From a virus, in IMG/VR virus record IMGVR_UViG_3300035492_000411, positions 6 through 64,005 of that record: a DNA stretch of 64,000 nt; one strand, written 5' to 3'. A model generated the notes under the pieces. That model saw only the letters and a list, made by a program, of their open reading frames with translations, was not told where the DNA came from and made no database searches. Made by a program: the position numbers and the translations under genes. Of the stretch, positions 8,401 to 16,609 are shown one piece after another (within the stretch, counting starts at the first letter, position 1; each line of letters opens with the position of its first letter).

Positions 8401-11400
8401 GCTTGCGGAACGCTTCGGCCGCCTCGCGGGTGCGGAACTGGAAGCCAGGAATGGCGCCATTGCCGCGATAGCTGCTATAGCTGCCGCCCATGCGCTTGGC
8501 CGAGTTGTTCAGGGTGTCGTAGTCCTCACGGCTTACGCGCTCCTCCAGCTTCATGACGTACAGGTCATGCCCGTGCTTGGTGTGCTTGGTGGCAATCACC
8601 TCGCCGGCGGTGGTGTTGCCGGCACTGGCAATCTTGGTGCGCTGCTTGGCCTTGGCCTGGTCGCGCGCCTCGCGGGTGCTCTCGGCCTCCAGGGCATCGT
8701 AGCGGCGGCGCTGCTCGGGCGTCAGGCGTAGGTACGCCTCGCGGCGCGTCTCGGCGTGGCGCTCGGCGTTGTAGGTGATCGCGCTGCGGAACTCGGCCAG
8801 CGTCTGCGGGTCGGTCAGCGCCTTCTGCGTGGCCTCCTTGCGCGACTCGCGCTCTTTGCGCAGCTCGGCCACCTCGGCCGCGTACTGGCTCAAGGCGTCG
8901 GCGTCGGTGCCGGCCACCAGATCGCGCAGCGCCTGGGCCTTGGCCTGGCGGTGCGACTCCATGCCGGCCGCCGTCATCATGTAGCTGGTCGGGCCGTAGG
9001 ACTTGCCCAGCGCGTACTCGTCCAGCATCGAGCGATACAGCGCCTCAACCACGCGGTCTTTCTTCTCGGACTTGTAGCGGTGGTAGAAGTGAACGCCGCC
9101 GGCGCGCAGCAGCTTCTCCTTGTTCATGCTGTTCAGCTCGGCCAGGATCGCCTCGCGGTTGCCCTCGACCTGAGCGAAGGCTGCGCGGAACGCCTCGGCC
9201 TCGATCTTGCCGTCGCGCGCCTGCTCCATGGCAGCCTCATGGGCTTGCAGCAGCGGGATCGCGCTGTCTGCCTTGGCCGGCGCCTGTTCTTGCTCCTGCG
9301 CATCCTGGGCGGCCTCGGTGGCGGCCTCCGCGCGCACCGCGTCCACCAGTTCGCGCACTCGGCGCTTGGACTCGGGCACGCTTTCGCCGCGCTTGCGGTT
9401 ACGGAACAGGGCCGCCAGGTCGAACTTGTCGTCGGTCAGGGTGCTGCCGTCGGTAGGCTTGAGCTTGATGCTGGTCGGGTAGCCGTCGCGGCCCTTGTTC
9501 ACGCCATCGAGCACGGCGGTTTTGGTGATCGCCACCGGCTCGCCGCCCTTCTTCCACGACAGAATCTTGCGCATCAGCGTCAGGTCGGCATCGCGCTCTT
9601 TCTGCGCCTTGTCCTCGCGGGCCTGGTCGGCGGCGGCCTGGTCAGCTGCTTTTTCGTCCTCGGTGCGCGCATCGAGCGCTGCCTTGCGGGCCTTGTGCGT
9701 GTTCGCGCTCTGCCAGGCGGTGAAGGTTTCAATCGCGCGGTCGTAGGCGTTATTACGCTGGTTGGCCTGCTTGCTGTTCAGCCCAGACCGCCCCGCCACA
9801 TGACCGCTGTAGGTGCCGGCGCGGACGCTCATCAGGCGGCGATAGTTGGCAAGGTACTCGACGCGCAGATCGGCGACCGCCTGAGCGACCGCCGATTTCT
9901 GTGCGTCGGTGTGCGCTACAGCCATGCCCGACTCGCGGGCGTCGTCGATGTAGCGCGCGTATTCCTCGGCATCGGCCTTGGCTCGGGCGCGGCCGCTGTG
10001 CGAGATACCCGAGTAGCTGTCGGCGGCCTCTTTCAGCGGGAAGTCGGCGGCGGCGTCATCCTGGGCGGCGTCGGCCGGCTGTGCCGTGGCAGCCTGCTCC
10101 ACCTCGCGGATCAGGTCGGCCATAGCCTTGATGCCGTGAATGCTCGGGTGCTGGCCGCGCCAGTTCCCGGTATTGGTCAGATACCAGCCAGGCATATCCT
10201 GGCGAACCGTCCAGTCCTGGCCGTCGATGCTCACCACGTCGCCGTCAAGGTAGGGGTTGAACATCGAAACAGCTTTCGGGTCGCGGCGCGAACCCGCGCG
10301 CTCAGCCTCGGCGGCCTGGGCCTTGGCAGTCGAGCCGATAATCGGCTGATTACGCAGGCTCTCGGTCGCTCGGTAAATCATCTGCTCGCGGGTCAGCGCA
10401 TAGCTCAGCGGCTTGTCATCGGCCTTCTTCCACGTCGCCGGGACGGTTTGATCGTCAGGGACGAACCGGGCAATGCCGTTACGCCCGTTCGCTTCGGGCA
10501 GCACATGCAGATACAGCGGCGTCTGGTTGGTGAGCTGGACAGGTGTAATCGCGTTCACGGCATCGGTGGCCAGCATGCCAGATATGGCGCGGTAGGCGTC
10601 CACCTTGCCCTCACGCTGCTCCTTGGTCAGCGCGATGCCTTCCTGCGGCAGTTCGGTATGCCACATTTGCGGCGCCGCGTCAGCCTCCACCGGCTCGACC
10701 TTGCCCACCGGCCCAGCTTTCAGTTCCCGAGCTTCCGGCAGGGTCGAATGGTTGCGCTCGCGCTCGCCGGGCTTGTCGATCCACTCGCCGCCCTGCTTGA
10801 CCACCGCTCGCACGGTAACGCTCCAATGGCCGTCCTTGTCCGGCGCCTGGTAGCTCACCACCCGGTCGAAGTTGCCGCCGTAGCTGGGCACCACGTTGCC
10901 CGGCGCGAAGTAGTCGGCTACGGCCTGAGCCTTGGCCTCGGCCGCCTTCTCCATGACGCTGCGCTTGCTCTCGGGCTTGGCAGCTGGCGTGTCCGTCACC
11001 GCTTCCAGCTGAATGCGCCGAGCCGGGTGCTCGCTAAACCGCTGCTTGAACTTGATCGCCTGGTCTTGCGTCATCGGCTCACCGAACGATAGGTGCTCTT
11101 TAGCGCCGGTGCGTTCGTTGATAGCGACCACTTGGAAGCGCGCAGCGGCAGCGCCGCTCTCTGCCTTCACCTCTTTGGCGCGCTCGATCACGCTCTTGGG
11201 CTTCACCTCGGCCTTGCCGCTGGCCTGCATAAAGCCGCGAATCTCGGCCGGCGTGCGGGCATCCTCCTTCATGCTGATCGGGCTGAGGATGCCGACCAGT
11301 TCGCCATTCAGCCGCACCTGCAAAGCGCTGTAGTCGCCGCGACTGTTCGGCTCGCCGGCGAAGAACTCCGCGCCCTTGAACTTGCTCAGGAAGTAGCGGA

Positions 11401-14400
11401 CGTAATTCAGGTTCAGATAGACCGCAGGCTCGCCTTCCTTGCGGGAAAAAACGGCCTGCTTGCTGTCCTTGAGGTCGGGCCGATCATTGATCGCCAGCGG
11501 CTCCAGTTTCACGGCCGCGCGGCCGGCATTGGAGCCGGCCACCACATTGGCCACCGCATTCTCGTTGATGGTCGTGCGCAGCCTGTCCATGCGCTCGGCC
11601 CAGCCTTTCAGGTGCGGCTCGCTACCGGACAGGTCGATCAGGTGCCCACTGGCCGAATAGACCGTTTGCCCCTGGAAGGTGCCGGTCATCCAGTTAGTCA
11701 CCTTGGCTGCGGTCGGCTTCACGCTCAGCTCGCGCATGTCGGCGGCCTCGTAGCCGTCGCGCTTGGCCTGCTCCAGAGCCTCGGCGTCGGACTTCTCCTT
11801 GGCTTCGGCATCCGCCACCAATTGCTCAGCGGCGCGCTCGTTGGCGGCTGCGGTCTTGCGCATCTGTTGGATGGCGTCGCGGGCAGCCTTGATCAGCGCC
11901 TTGTCTACGCCGAACCGCTCAGCGTCGAAGGTGCGCGCCTCATACAGGGCCATATCCCGGTTAAAGCTCTCCATCGCCTTCGCCGTGCGCTCGGCAAAGC
12001 GCTGGGCAGCAGCCAGGTCAGACACGGCAGGCGGGTTACTGCCTGGGTAAGCGGTATCGACCTTGTACGGCTCTTTCACCAGGGCGCGCCCCATCAGGCT
12101 CGCAAGGTCTTCGCCGGTGCCCTTCTCGACCTCGCCCATGAAGCCCATCACCGATTGCCAGCGGTTGTACACGTCGGCCGGCTTCTCGCCGGTGGCCCCG
12201 GCGACCTTGGCGAACGCGAGCACCTGCGGCATGTCGCCGTGACCTTCGGCGCGCAGTTGCTCAAAGCGATCTTGTGGGCTGGTCGCGGTGGCCTGTGTGC
12301 GGGCTTCTACCGGAGCCGGATCGGACTCGATTTCATCGCGCATCAGGGCAGAGGCGTAGTCGTGCGCGGTCTTGCCCAGGTCGTAGTCATTGACGTAATA
12401 AACCGTCTTGCTGCCGGCCTCCTGCATGCGCTTTTCGTGCATGCGCTGCTCGGCTTCGGTCGCCCGGTTGAAGTCGCGGCGCGACATAGGCTTGATGCGC
12501 GGCTCCTGGCTGGTCGATACCGACAACTCACCGGCAGCGTGCCACGCCTCGATATGCTCGCGCAGGGTTGCGGCCTTGCCGTCGATACGAATTTGCTTGT
12601 TCAGCGCCTTGATCGCCAGGGCGGCCACGTTGGGGGCCATATCCTTGACGTAGTTGTCCAGGCTCGGCGAGGTGGCGGCCGCTTTGGCGGCGGCTTCTGC
12701 TGCCTCTTGGTCGGCGCTGGCCTGGCCGCGGTTGCGCTGGCGGTATTCGACGTACCAGTCGAGGTCGGCGTCGGTGCGCTCTTCCGGCGGCGTGGCCTTG
12801 ATTCGGGCCACACGCTCAGCGTCAGATTCCTGGGCCGGGGCTTCGGCCGCAGCTGGGGCGGCGTCCAGCTCAGCCAGCGCTTTGCGCACCTCGTCGGGGT
12901 TGTCCATACCCTCGATAGAGACGCCCTGGTCTTCCATGTTGTCGCGGGCGCCGTTGTACCAGCCGCGCAGGTACGGGCGAATCTTCTCCAGTGGCTGCCC
13001 CAGGTCATCGGCCATCAGGCGCGCGAACTCGGCGAAGCGGCGGGCGCTGGCTTCCAAGTGGAAGATGGCCAGCTCGGTGCCCATGGCCAGAATCTCGGGA
13101 TCGAGCCCGCTATTGAGCTGGGAACCGTTCAGCTTGGCGGCGAGCTTGGAGCGCAGCTCGGCGGCACGGTCGGCCGTGACCAGCTTGTTCTTGGCGCCGT
13201 ACTCGTCGGTTTTTTTCTTCCGCTCGCCGACCGCCGTGCTCTCGGCGCCACCTGCCTGGCCCTGCCGCTTGCGCAGGGCTACAGCGCCCGGCTCGCGGCG
13301 CTGTGCTGCGCCAAGCAGGGCGTCGAATGTGAAGATATTGCCGGTCAGTTGCTCAACCACGTCGGCCGGTACGTCGAAGCGCTTGCCCAGGTCGGTGATT
13401 TCCGCATCTGACAGTCGGCGGCCTTGCTCAATGGCATGGTCGGCCATGGCTCGGGCTAGAGGCGCCAGCGAGCGGCCTTTGTAGCTGCCCTGAAACTCGT
13501 CGCCCAGCTTGCGCAGGTGCGCGGCGTACTCGTCGGCCTTGCGCTCGCCCATTGCCTCCGGGGTTGGCGCAGCCACTTGCGGCGCCGGCTCTGCGCCTGC
13601 CTCGCTGCTGGCATCGGTAGTCGAGCTGGGGAACTCATGCGCCAGCTTGACCAGCTCGCGGATCGGCGCGTCCAGGCGGATCACCTTCACGTCCTCGCCT
13701 TTCTCGCGCGCAGCCAGCCACTGGTGATGGCCGTCCAGCACATGACCGTCCTGGGAAATCAGGATGGAGCGGTTGCCGCCCTCGAAGTCGCGGGCGCGAG
13801 CCACCTTGTCGCGACTGAACTCGGCTTGCGTAGGCTTGAGCGCCGAAGCTGGAACGGTAGCCTCTCCATGCTGAACACCACGAGCATTCAGGAAGTTGAC
13901 CATCGCCCCGCGATGCTCAGCCTTGATCTGCGGCATGTCTGCTCGGGCAATGCCCACGGTGCCGGAGTCTTTGTGGAACTCGGCCCAGCCCTCGCCCAGA
14001 TCGCGGCCTTCGATCTGCGGCGCGGCATTGGCTGCCGCCTTGCTCTCGCGCTCGGCCTGGATGGCGGCGCGGTTCTCGGCAGGGAAGTTCTTCACTACCA
14101 CGCTGTTGGCGTCCTGCTCGCCGCGCAGGGCGGCGTCAGACTCGGCCTTGGCCGCCTGCCACTCCTGGGTAGCCTTCACGCCGTCCGGGGTCAGGCCGCT
14201 GGGCAGCTTCGGGAAGCTGTTCATCGCCTCGCCGGCAGCAGCGCTGCGCGCCCTGGCGGCATCGGCATCGGCCTTGGCGCTCTCGTAGGTCAGCGGCTTC
14301 TGCATGCGCTCGGCGAGCTTGCGCTGCACGTCGGCGTTCAGGCTCTGCCACTGGGCGCCGGCCAGGGCCTTGCGCAGCACCGGCTTGATGTCGGTCTGGT

Positions 14401-16609
14401 CGGCAATAGCCTTGCGCTGCTCCTTGCTCATGCCCGCCCACTGGGCGCCGTGGTCTACGCCTGCGGGGCTTCCTGCGGTAGCGGCTCCGGTTGCTTGGGC
14501 GTCAGCGGCGGGTGCTTGGCCTGCCACTTGCGCAGGTTGCGGGCTTGCTTCGACGGTTTCAGCGGCTTGCGGGACATTCCCTGCTCCTTGGGTTGCGCGC
14601 CTGGCCTGCTCCTTCTGGAGCTTGGCGGTGCGCTTGTTGTCGGGGCCGTAGTGGTCGATGGCCTGCTCGATCTCCGCGTCGGTCATCTGCGGGATCTGCT
14701 TGGCGGTGATGGCCTTGATGTCGCCAGTTGTTTGATCGGCAACCGGCTCAACAGTGGTGGACGGCTCTACGGCGCGGCTTTCATCTTTGACGGCCATTTG
14801 ATCGGCCGGCTGGGTGCTGGCCTCGGCGGTTGCCGGTGCCGTAACGGTTTCAGGGCTTACCTCTGCCTGATCCGCTGGTTTTGCTTGGGCGTTCCTGGCC
14901 TGGGCCTGGGCGATGCCTTCTTGCAGATTGGCCGGCGGCACTTGCTCCAGGGCAAAGTTGCGCGCACTGGCCGCCAGGGACAGGCGGCCGGAGGCGTCTT
15001 CGTTGCGCTGCGGGTCGGCCTGATCCTCGGCCAGGACGGCGGCGACTTCCTCGCTGCTCTGCGCGGCGTCGATACGCTTGGCCCGCTCTGACACGCGATC
15101 CATGTAGCCGGCATCCGGGGCCGGCGCGAGAAGGGCCAGTTCATCCTGCAGGCGGTCGCGCTCGGCCACCAGGCGCGCATCCCAGCCGTTGGCGCGCGCA
15201 GCCTGCTTGACGTAGTTCAGATCGTCTTGCAGCTCAGCCGCTCGATCACCCGCCAACAGATCGCCGGCCGCCTGGGTGATTTCCCCGGTGCTCGTGTCGA
15301 TCTGCTCGCCAGCCTTGGCGCCCTTCTTGGCTTCTTTCTGTGCCAGTTCGGCGGCTTGCTGCTCGGCAGCCTGTTGCGCCAGTTGCGCGGAAGCGCCGGT
15401 ATCCACGGCGGTAGCAGCAGCATCGGACAGCGCGCCGGCAGCCGGATCAAGCCCCATTTGCTCGGATGGCCTGGCCGGGAAAGGTCGCTCAGTGCGGTAC
15501 TGCGGCTGCACCTGGCCAGGCGCCATGCCGGCAGCCAGCGGCTCGGCAGTTGGCGCCTGCGGCTCCGCCACGGGATCAGCGGCCGGAGCGGGATCAGCGG
15601 CAGGCTCATCGCCCGCAAGCTCGGTTGGATCTACCACCGGGGCCGATTGTGAGTCATGGGCAAATGCACCCTCGACCGCGCCGAAGCCACCACCTGCCGC
15701 AGCGCCAGCCAAGCCTTCCAGCGCAGCCTGACCGGCAACGCCTTGCCAGGTCGGAGTATCAAAGCCTTCGTTCTGCAGGGCGATGTTCGACGCCAGGCGT
15801 TCTTGGCCGCCTTGCGCGGCCTCCAGCGGCGCCTCCTTCGCAGCGCCCAGCAGCGTGGATCGGATCACGCCCTGCGCAGCGGCCTCGCCGGCTTCATTAC
15901 CCAGCATCCGGCCAACCACTCCTTCAACGCCGGTAGTGCCTGCTGCAACGCCAAGCCCTGCGCCGAGCGCAATCTGTCCGGCGTTATCGCCGCCGTAAGC
16001 CTGCGCCTCTACGGCTCGGGCCTCTGCCTCCTCTGGCGTGGCACCGGCATCAGGGTGCTGTTGCTTCACTGCGTCGTAGATGGCGCCTTTCACCGTGCCC
16101 GCGCCCTGCGCGGCACCCATTGCACCAGCTACCGGAGCGCGCAGTTTTCCGCGCGTCAGCGCAGTAGCCGCGATGGTCGGCAATGACGTGCCCAGCGCCT
16201 CGACAGTGGTGTCGATGGGCGCCTCGGCAAATGCGCCGACGTTCGCCTTCACTTCCTCCCAGGTGCTACCGGAAGCCTCGGCTTTCTTGATCTTCTCAGC
16301 GCGCGCGGCGCGCTCTTCGCGGCGGGCCTCCGTCTCGAAACCGCGAACATAGTCGGCGGCATCGCCGAGCTTCTGCGAAACCGCATTGCCAGCCCCGGCG
16401 GCATTGGCCAGGAGCTGGATGCCGGTAACGGCGCCTGCGCCAGCAGCGACAGCCGTGTCGCGCAGTGCGCCGCCAAACCCCTTAGCGGTGTCCGGTGCGT
16501 CCTCCATGAAGGAGTCAACTGCGCTTGTTTTCGCGGGAGTGTCAGAAACCGGCTCGTCCAGAAACTTGTCGATGTCGCTCACTGAGTACGATTCCTTATT
16601 GGTAGCCAA
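2441..16609 (-). CDS. Giant polyvalent internal virion/ejection protein (4722 aa): ParB-like, N6-adenine methyltransferase, metallopeptidase, ART-like and PLxRFG domains
   Basis: GHVLDGHHQW; FFPT..VLEPSAGMG..NPPF; HEGQGH; LYHGT..GIFMS..GYDGI; YAPLSRFG. Confidence 0.9.
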   Translation of the reverse strand: MATNKESYSVSDIDKFLDEPVSDTPAKTSAVDSFMEDAPDTAKGFGGALRDTAVAAGAGAVTGIQLLANAAGAGNAVSQKLGDAADYVRGFETEARREERAARAEKIKKAEASGSTWEEVKANVGAFAEAPIDTTVEALGTSLPTIAATALTRGKLRAPVAGAMGAAQGAGTVKGAIYDAVKQQHPDAGATPEEAEARAVEAQAYGGDNAGQIALGAGLGVAAGTTGVEGVVGRMLGNEAGEAAAQGVIRSTLLGAAKEAPLEAAQGGQERLASNIALQNEGFDTPTWQGVAGQAALEGLAGAAAGGGFGAVEGAFAHDSQSAPVVDPTELAGDEPAADPAPAADPVAEPQAPTAEPLAAGMAPGQVQPQYRTERPFPARPSEQMGLDPAAGALSDAAATAVDTGASAQLAQQAAEQQAAELAQKEAKKGAKAGEQIDTSTGEITQAAGDLLAGDRAAELQDDLNYVKQAARANGWDARLVAERDRLQDELALLAPAPDAGYMDRVSERAKRIDAAQSSEEVAAVLAEDQADPQRNEDASGRLSLAASARNFALEQVPPANLQEGIAQAQARNAQAKPADQAEVSPETVTAPATAEASTQPADQMAVKDESRAVEPSTTVEPVADQTTGDIKAITAKQIPQMTDAEIEQAIDHYGPDNKRTAKLQKEQARRATQGAGNVPQAAETVEASPQPAQVAGQAPAADAQATGAATAGSPAGVDHGAQWAGMSKEQRKAIADQTDIKPVLRKALAGAQWQSLNADVQRKLAERMQKPLTYESAKADADAARARSAAAGEAMNSFPKLPSGLTPDGVKATQEWQAAKAESDAALRGEQDANSVVVKNFPAENRAAIQAERESKAAANAAPQIEGRDLGEGWAEFHKDSGTVGIARADMPQIKAEHRGAMVNFLNARGVQHGEATVPASALKPTQAEFSRDKVARARDFEGGNRSILISQDGHVLDGHHQWLAAREKGEDVKVIRLDAPIRELVKLAHEFPSSTTDASSEAGAEPAPQVAAPTPEAMGERKADEYAAHLRKLGDEFQGSYKGRSLAPLARAMADHAIEQGRRLSDAEITDLGKRFDVPADVVEQLTGNIFTFDALLGAAQRREPGAVALRKRQGQAGGAESTAVGERKKKTDEYGAKNKLVTADRAAELRSKLAAKLNGSQLNSGLDPEILAMGTELAIFHLEASARRFAEFARLMADDLGQPLEKIRPYLRGWYNGARDNMEDQGVSIEGMDNPDEVRKALAELDAAPAAAEAPAQESDAERVARIKATPPEERTDADLDWYVEYRQRNRGQASADQEAAEAAAKAAATSPSLDNYVKDMAPNVAALAIKALNKQIRIDGKAATLREHIEAWHAAGELSVSTSQEPRIKPMSRRDFNRATEAEQRMHEKRMQEAGSKTVYYVNDYDLGKTAHDYASALMRDEIESDPAPVEARTQATATSPQDRFEQLRAEGHGDMPQVLAFAKVAGATGEKPADVYNRWQSVMGFMGEVEKGTGEDLASLMGRALVKEPYKVDTAYPGSNPPAVSDLAAAQRFAERTAKAMESFNRDMALYEARTFDAERFGVDKALIKAARDAIQQMRKTAAANERAAEQLVADAEAKEKSDAEALEQAKRDGYEAADMRELSVKPTAAKVTNWMTGTFQGQTVYSASGHLIDLSGSEPHLKGWAERMDRLRTTINENAVANVVAGSNAGRAAVKLEPLAINDRPDLKDSKQAVFSRKEGEPAVYLNLNYVRYFLSKFKGAEFFAGEPNSRGDYSALQVRLNGELVGILSPISMKEDARTPAEIRGFMQASGKAEVKPKSVIERAKEVKAESGAAAARFQVVAINERTGAKEHLSFGEPMTQDQAIKFKQRFSEHPARRIQLEAVTDTPAAKPESKRSVMEKAAEAKAQAVADYFAPGNVVPSYGGNFDRVVSYQAPDKDGHWSVTVRAVVKQGGEWIDKPGERERNHSTLPEARELKAGPVGKVEPVEADAAPQMWHTELPQEGIALTKEQREGKVDAYRAISGMLATDAVNAITPVQLTNQTPLYLHVLPEANGRNGIARFVPDDQTVPATWKKADDKPLSYALTREQMIYRATESLRNQPIIGSTAKAQAAEAERAGSRRDPKAVSMFNPYLDGDVVSIDGQDWTVRQDMPGWYLTNTGNWRGQHPSIHGIKAMADLIREVEQAATAQPADAAQDDAAADFPLKEAADSYSGISHSGRARAKADAEEYARYIDDARESGMAVAHTDAQKSAVAQAVADLRVEYLANYRRLMSVRAGTYSGHVAGRSGLNSKQANQRNNAYDRAIETFTAWQSANTHKARKAALDARTEDEKAADQAAADQAREDKAQKERDADLTLMRKILSWKKGGEPVAITKTAVLDGVNKGRDGYPTSIKLKPTDGSTLTDDKFDLAALFRNRKRGESVPESKRRVRELVDAVRAEAATEAAQDAQEQEQAPAKADSAIPLLQAHEAAMEQARDGKIEAEAFRAAFAQVEGNREAILAELNSMNKEKLLRAGGVHFYHRYKSEKKDRVVEALYRSMLDEYALGKSYGPTSYMMTAAGMESHRQAKAQALRDLVAGTDADALSQYAAEVAELRKERESRKEATQKALTDPQTLAEFRSAITYNAERHAETRREAYLRLTPEQRRRYDALEAESTREARDQAKAKQRTKIASAGNTTAGEVIATKHTKHGHDLYVMKLEERVSREDYDTLNNSAKRMGGSYSSYRGNGAIPGFQFRTREAAEAFRKLVAGDTEAAQEVAQARRDAFEDDRSQSAVERLRTMAAALNERADEELGRDRKVNTARRARMASAAEGAANANKALAGTMSNIADAIEAGKAKFLDLVRQKVQVEFLNAELRNAKDAQIRAKYPSYADQERHRGQPIDDETVDYSTFPTYGGMRSDLAGIARQMIEVDGLKNLGQRLLKVADDVSDAYVEWAKNNLLSVSRFARGEQFAEFTSRDDAERAIRRSNLSDRAIVLPLKRGVNRIVLSPSEAMKQGIWQGDDKHIGLSGEFGREIVEAVGRRAGSKIKLPWQLETVHAKRKRLEGMGIYTGSEYRAALREFADLQQAMATPDKIKQMERAMIGRRSDGLDFFPTSEAVVDAMLEAAEIEEGMGVLEPSAGMGHIADAIREKTGVEPDVVELSGERRELLQAKGYHLVGDDFMAMQPRSFYTFGDVFQAPDGTKGIMHGGAAWSGRASLHAINEDGSEGKMLGWYDRDELTGIEQRGSWSGYDRIIMNPPFSKGRDIQHVQHAYSLLKPGGRLVAIMGEGAFFQSNSAAEGFRAWLDDLGATSERLPENSFMDAALPVNTAVNARMVVIDKPATDTSGITADSARRAAVRARVAANNYSREDENFLQGMLKALYEKTGDGVLEHKLSTWLDSRYQRLEAVDQLYAEYDKAFAGKDEVLFSRRPVNVARGATPVLSHDAVKAIVERVNSRLNLGTQLAVYRSEAELFAAAPEIERQAENDQAKGQINAVYHNGKVHVVTSAFARSVDVESAIVDALAHEGQGHYGVRALFSGDRQAIDAALREFFAAIGGVAGVRRLAAKHDIDMSLYLKTAANMGERQRAGYLADELLAHLQGKAATASLTQRAAAAARAYLGAIREWLRNHGFTSLAKGTDADTALLLKRMRDASTLAPSSARGAPRFSLRPLQTTGEAFKRWFGKSQVVGAGGEPLRLYHGTAADFTVFDQSRAGSATGHATSALGIFMSSDRRAAQNYAEKASDGMPGYGRVMDLYASIQNPYLMSVEESQEVESPLEARRLRTRLEQQGYDGIRLKGTPVWIAFNNYQVKSATDNSGAFDEFDPDIRFSRSAVRDMASRATQELNRTFSAPGGLSWWHKTVGTMYNLAQRSPHFKPVFEAAQGFIDDVSHYASDAAELAPKLLPKLETLRDIAKSPVKDKDNKAIAAPIFEGTLMWARDEDGKPVRVDESSERKPGIVWTDAELRSMWSLSDGQIELYREFREAINRSLDTMARSDMLRFGGDDVKAMRERVMDAADAKEASLILQEHLAELIEDQPERAAQLMDAAKGINDRAERVAQLQAEGYAPLSRFGKFTVDVVGEDGARQYFSLFETKREANLMAEQMRAAFPGSTVSQGTLSEEAFKLFAGITPETLELFGNAMGLDSSGDGARDKVFQDYLKLTKTNRSAMKRLIHRKGIAGYSEDVGRVLASFVYSNARQTAAGLNMGDLSESVNAIPQEQGELKDAAVRLAEYIKNPQEEAQALRGLLFAQYLGGSVASAFVNMTQPVAVTFPWLSQYGGAKRAAKELGKAARQMATKGHQYEADLARALHLAEEDGTVSPQEVHQLMAQASGTGGLRAGDGTRSGDARALASNSLARLSLAWGKLFGSAEEVNRRMTFIAAYRIAKEDGAADPEAFARLAVQETQFIYSKASKMRWGRGAVGGTLMTFKTYSIAYLELMHRLWNQGEAGSQARKDGRKAALLMLATLLLLSGAGGLPFAEDAEDLIDGMAQLAGYNFSTQKAKEQFLHDVFGDDIARFIDKGITGLPGAPLDVSGRLGMGNLIPGTGLLQQRDDHSRDVLEIAGPAGDLVKRMISGAHKVASGEVGGGLLEMSPAAVRNLAKGADMAATGMYRDDKGYKVLETSTLEAALKAIGFQPQSVASIQEANWLGQRSKAFYSMRAQEIRALWAQGVFEKDPSKVQEARDAVADWNARNPDQPMLISVPDVMRRVREMGKSKDQRIADAAPRAMRQQLREDFARVRGVFEE

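Noticed and set aside
7523-15091. Long plus-strand ORFs of 400-780 aa
   Set aside because: In-register antisense frames of a high-GC3 gene; the same applies to 24193-26220, 34754-36340 and the minus ORF 52394-53656
2441-16609. N4-like virion RNA polymerase or full DarB
   Set aside because: No T7-type polymerase motifs or SF2 helicase motifs recognised by eye, despite the N4-type capsid
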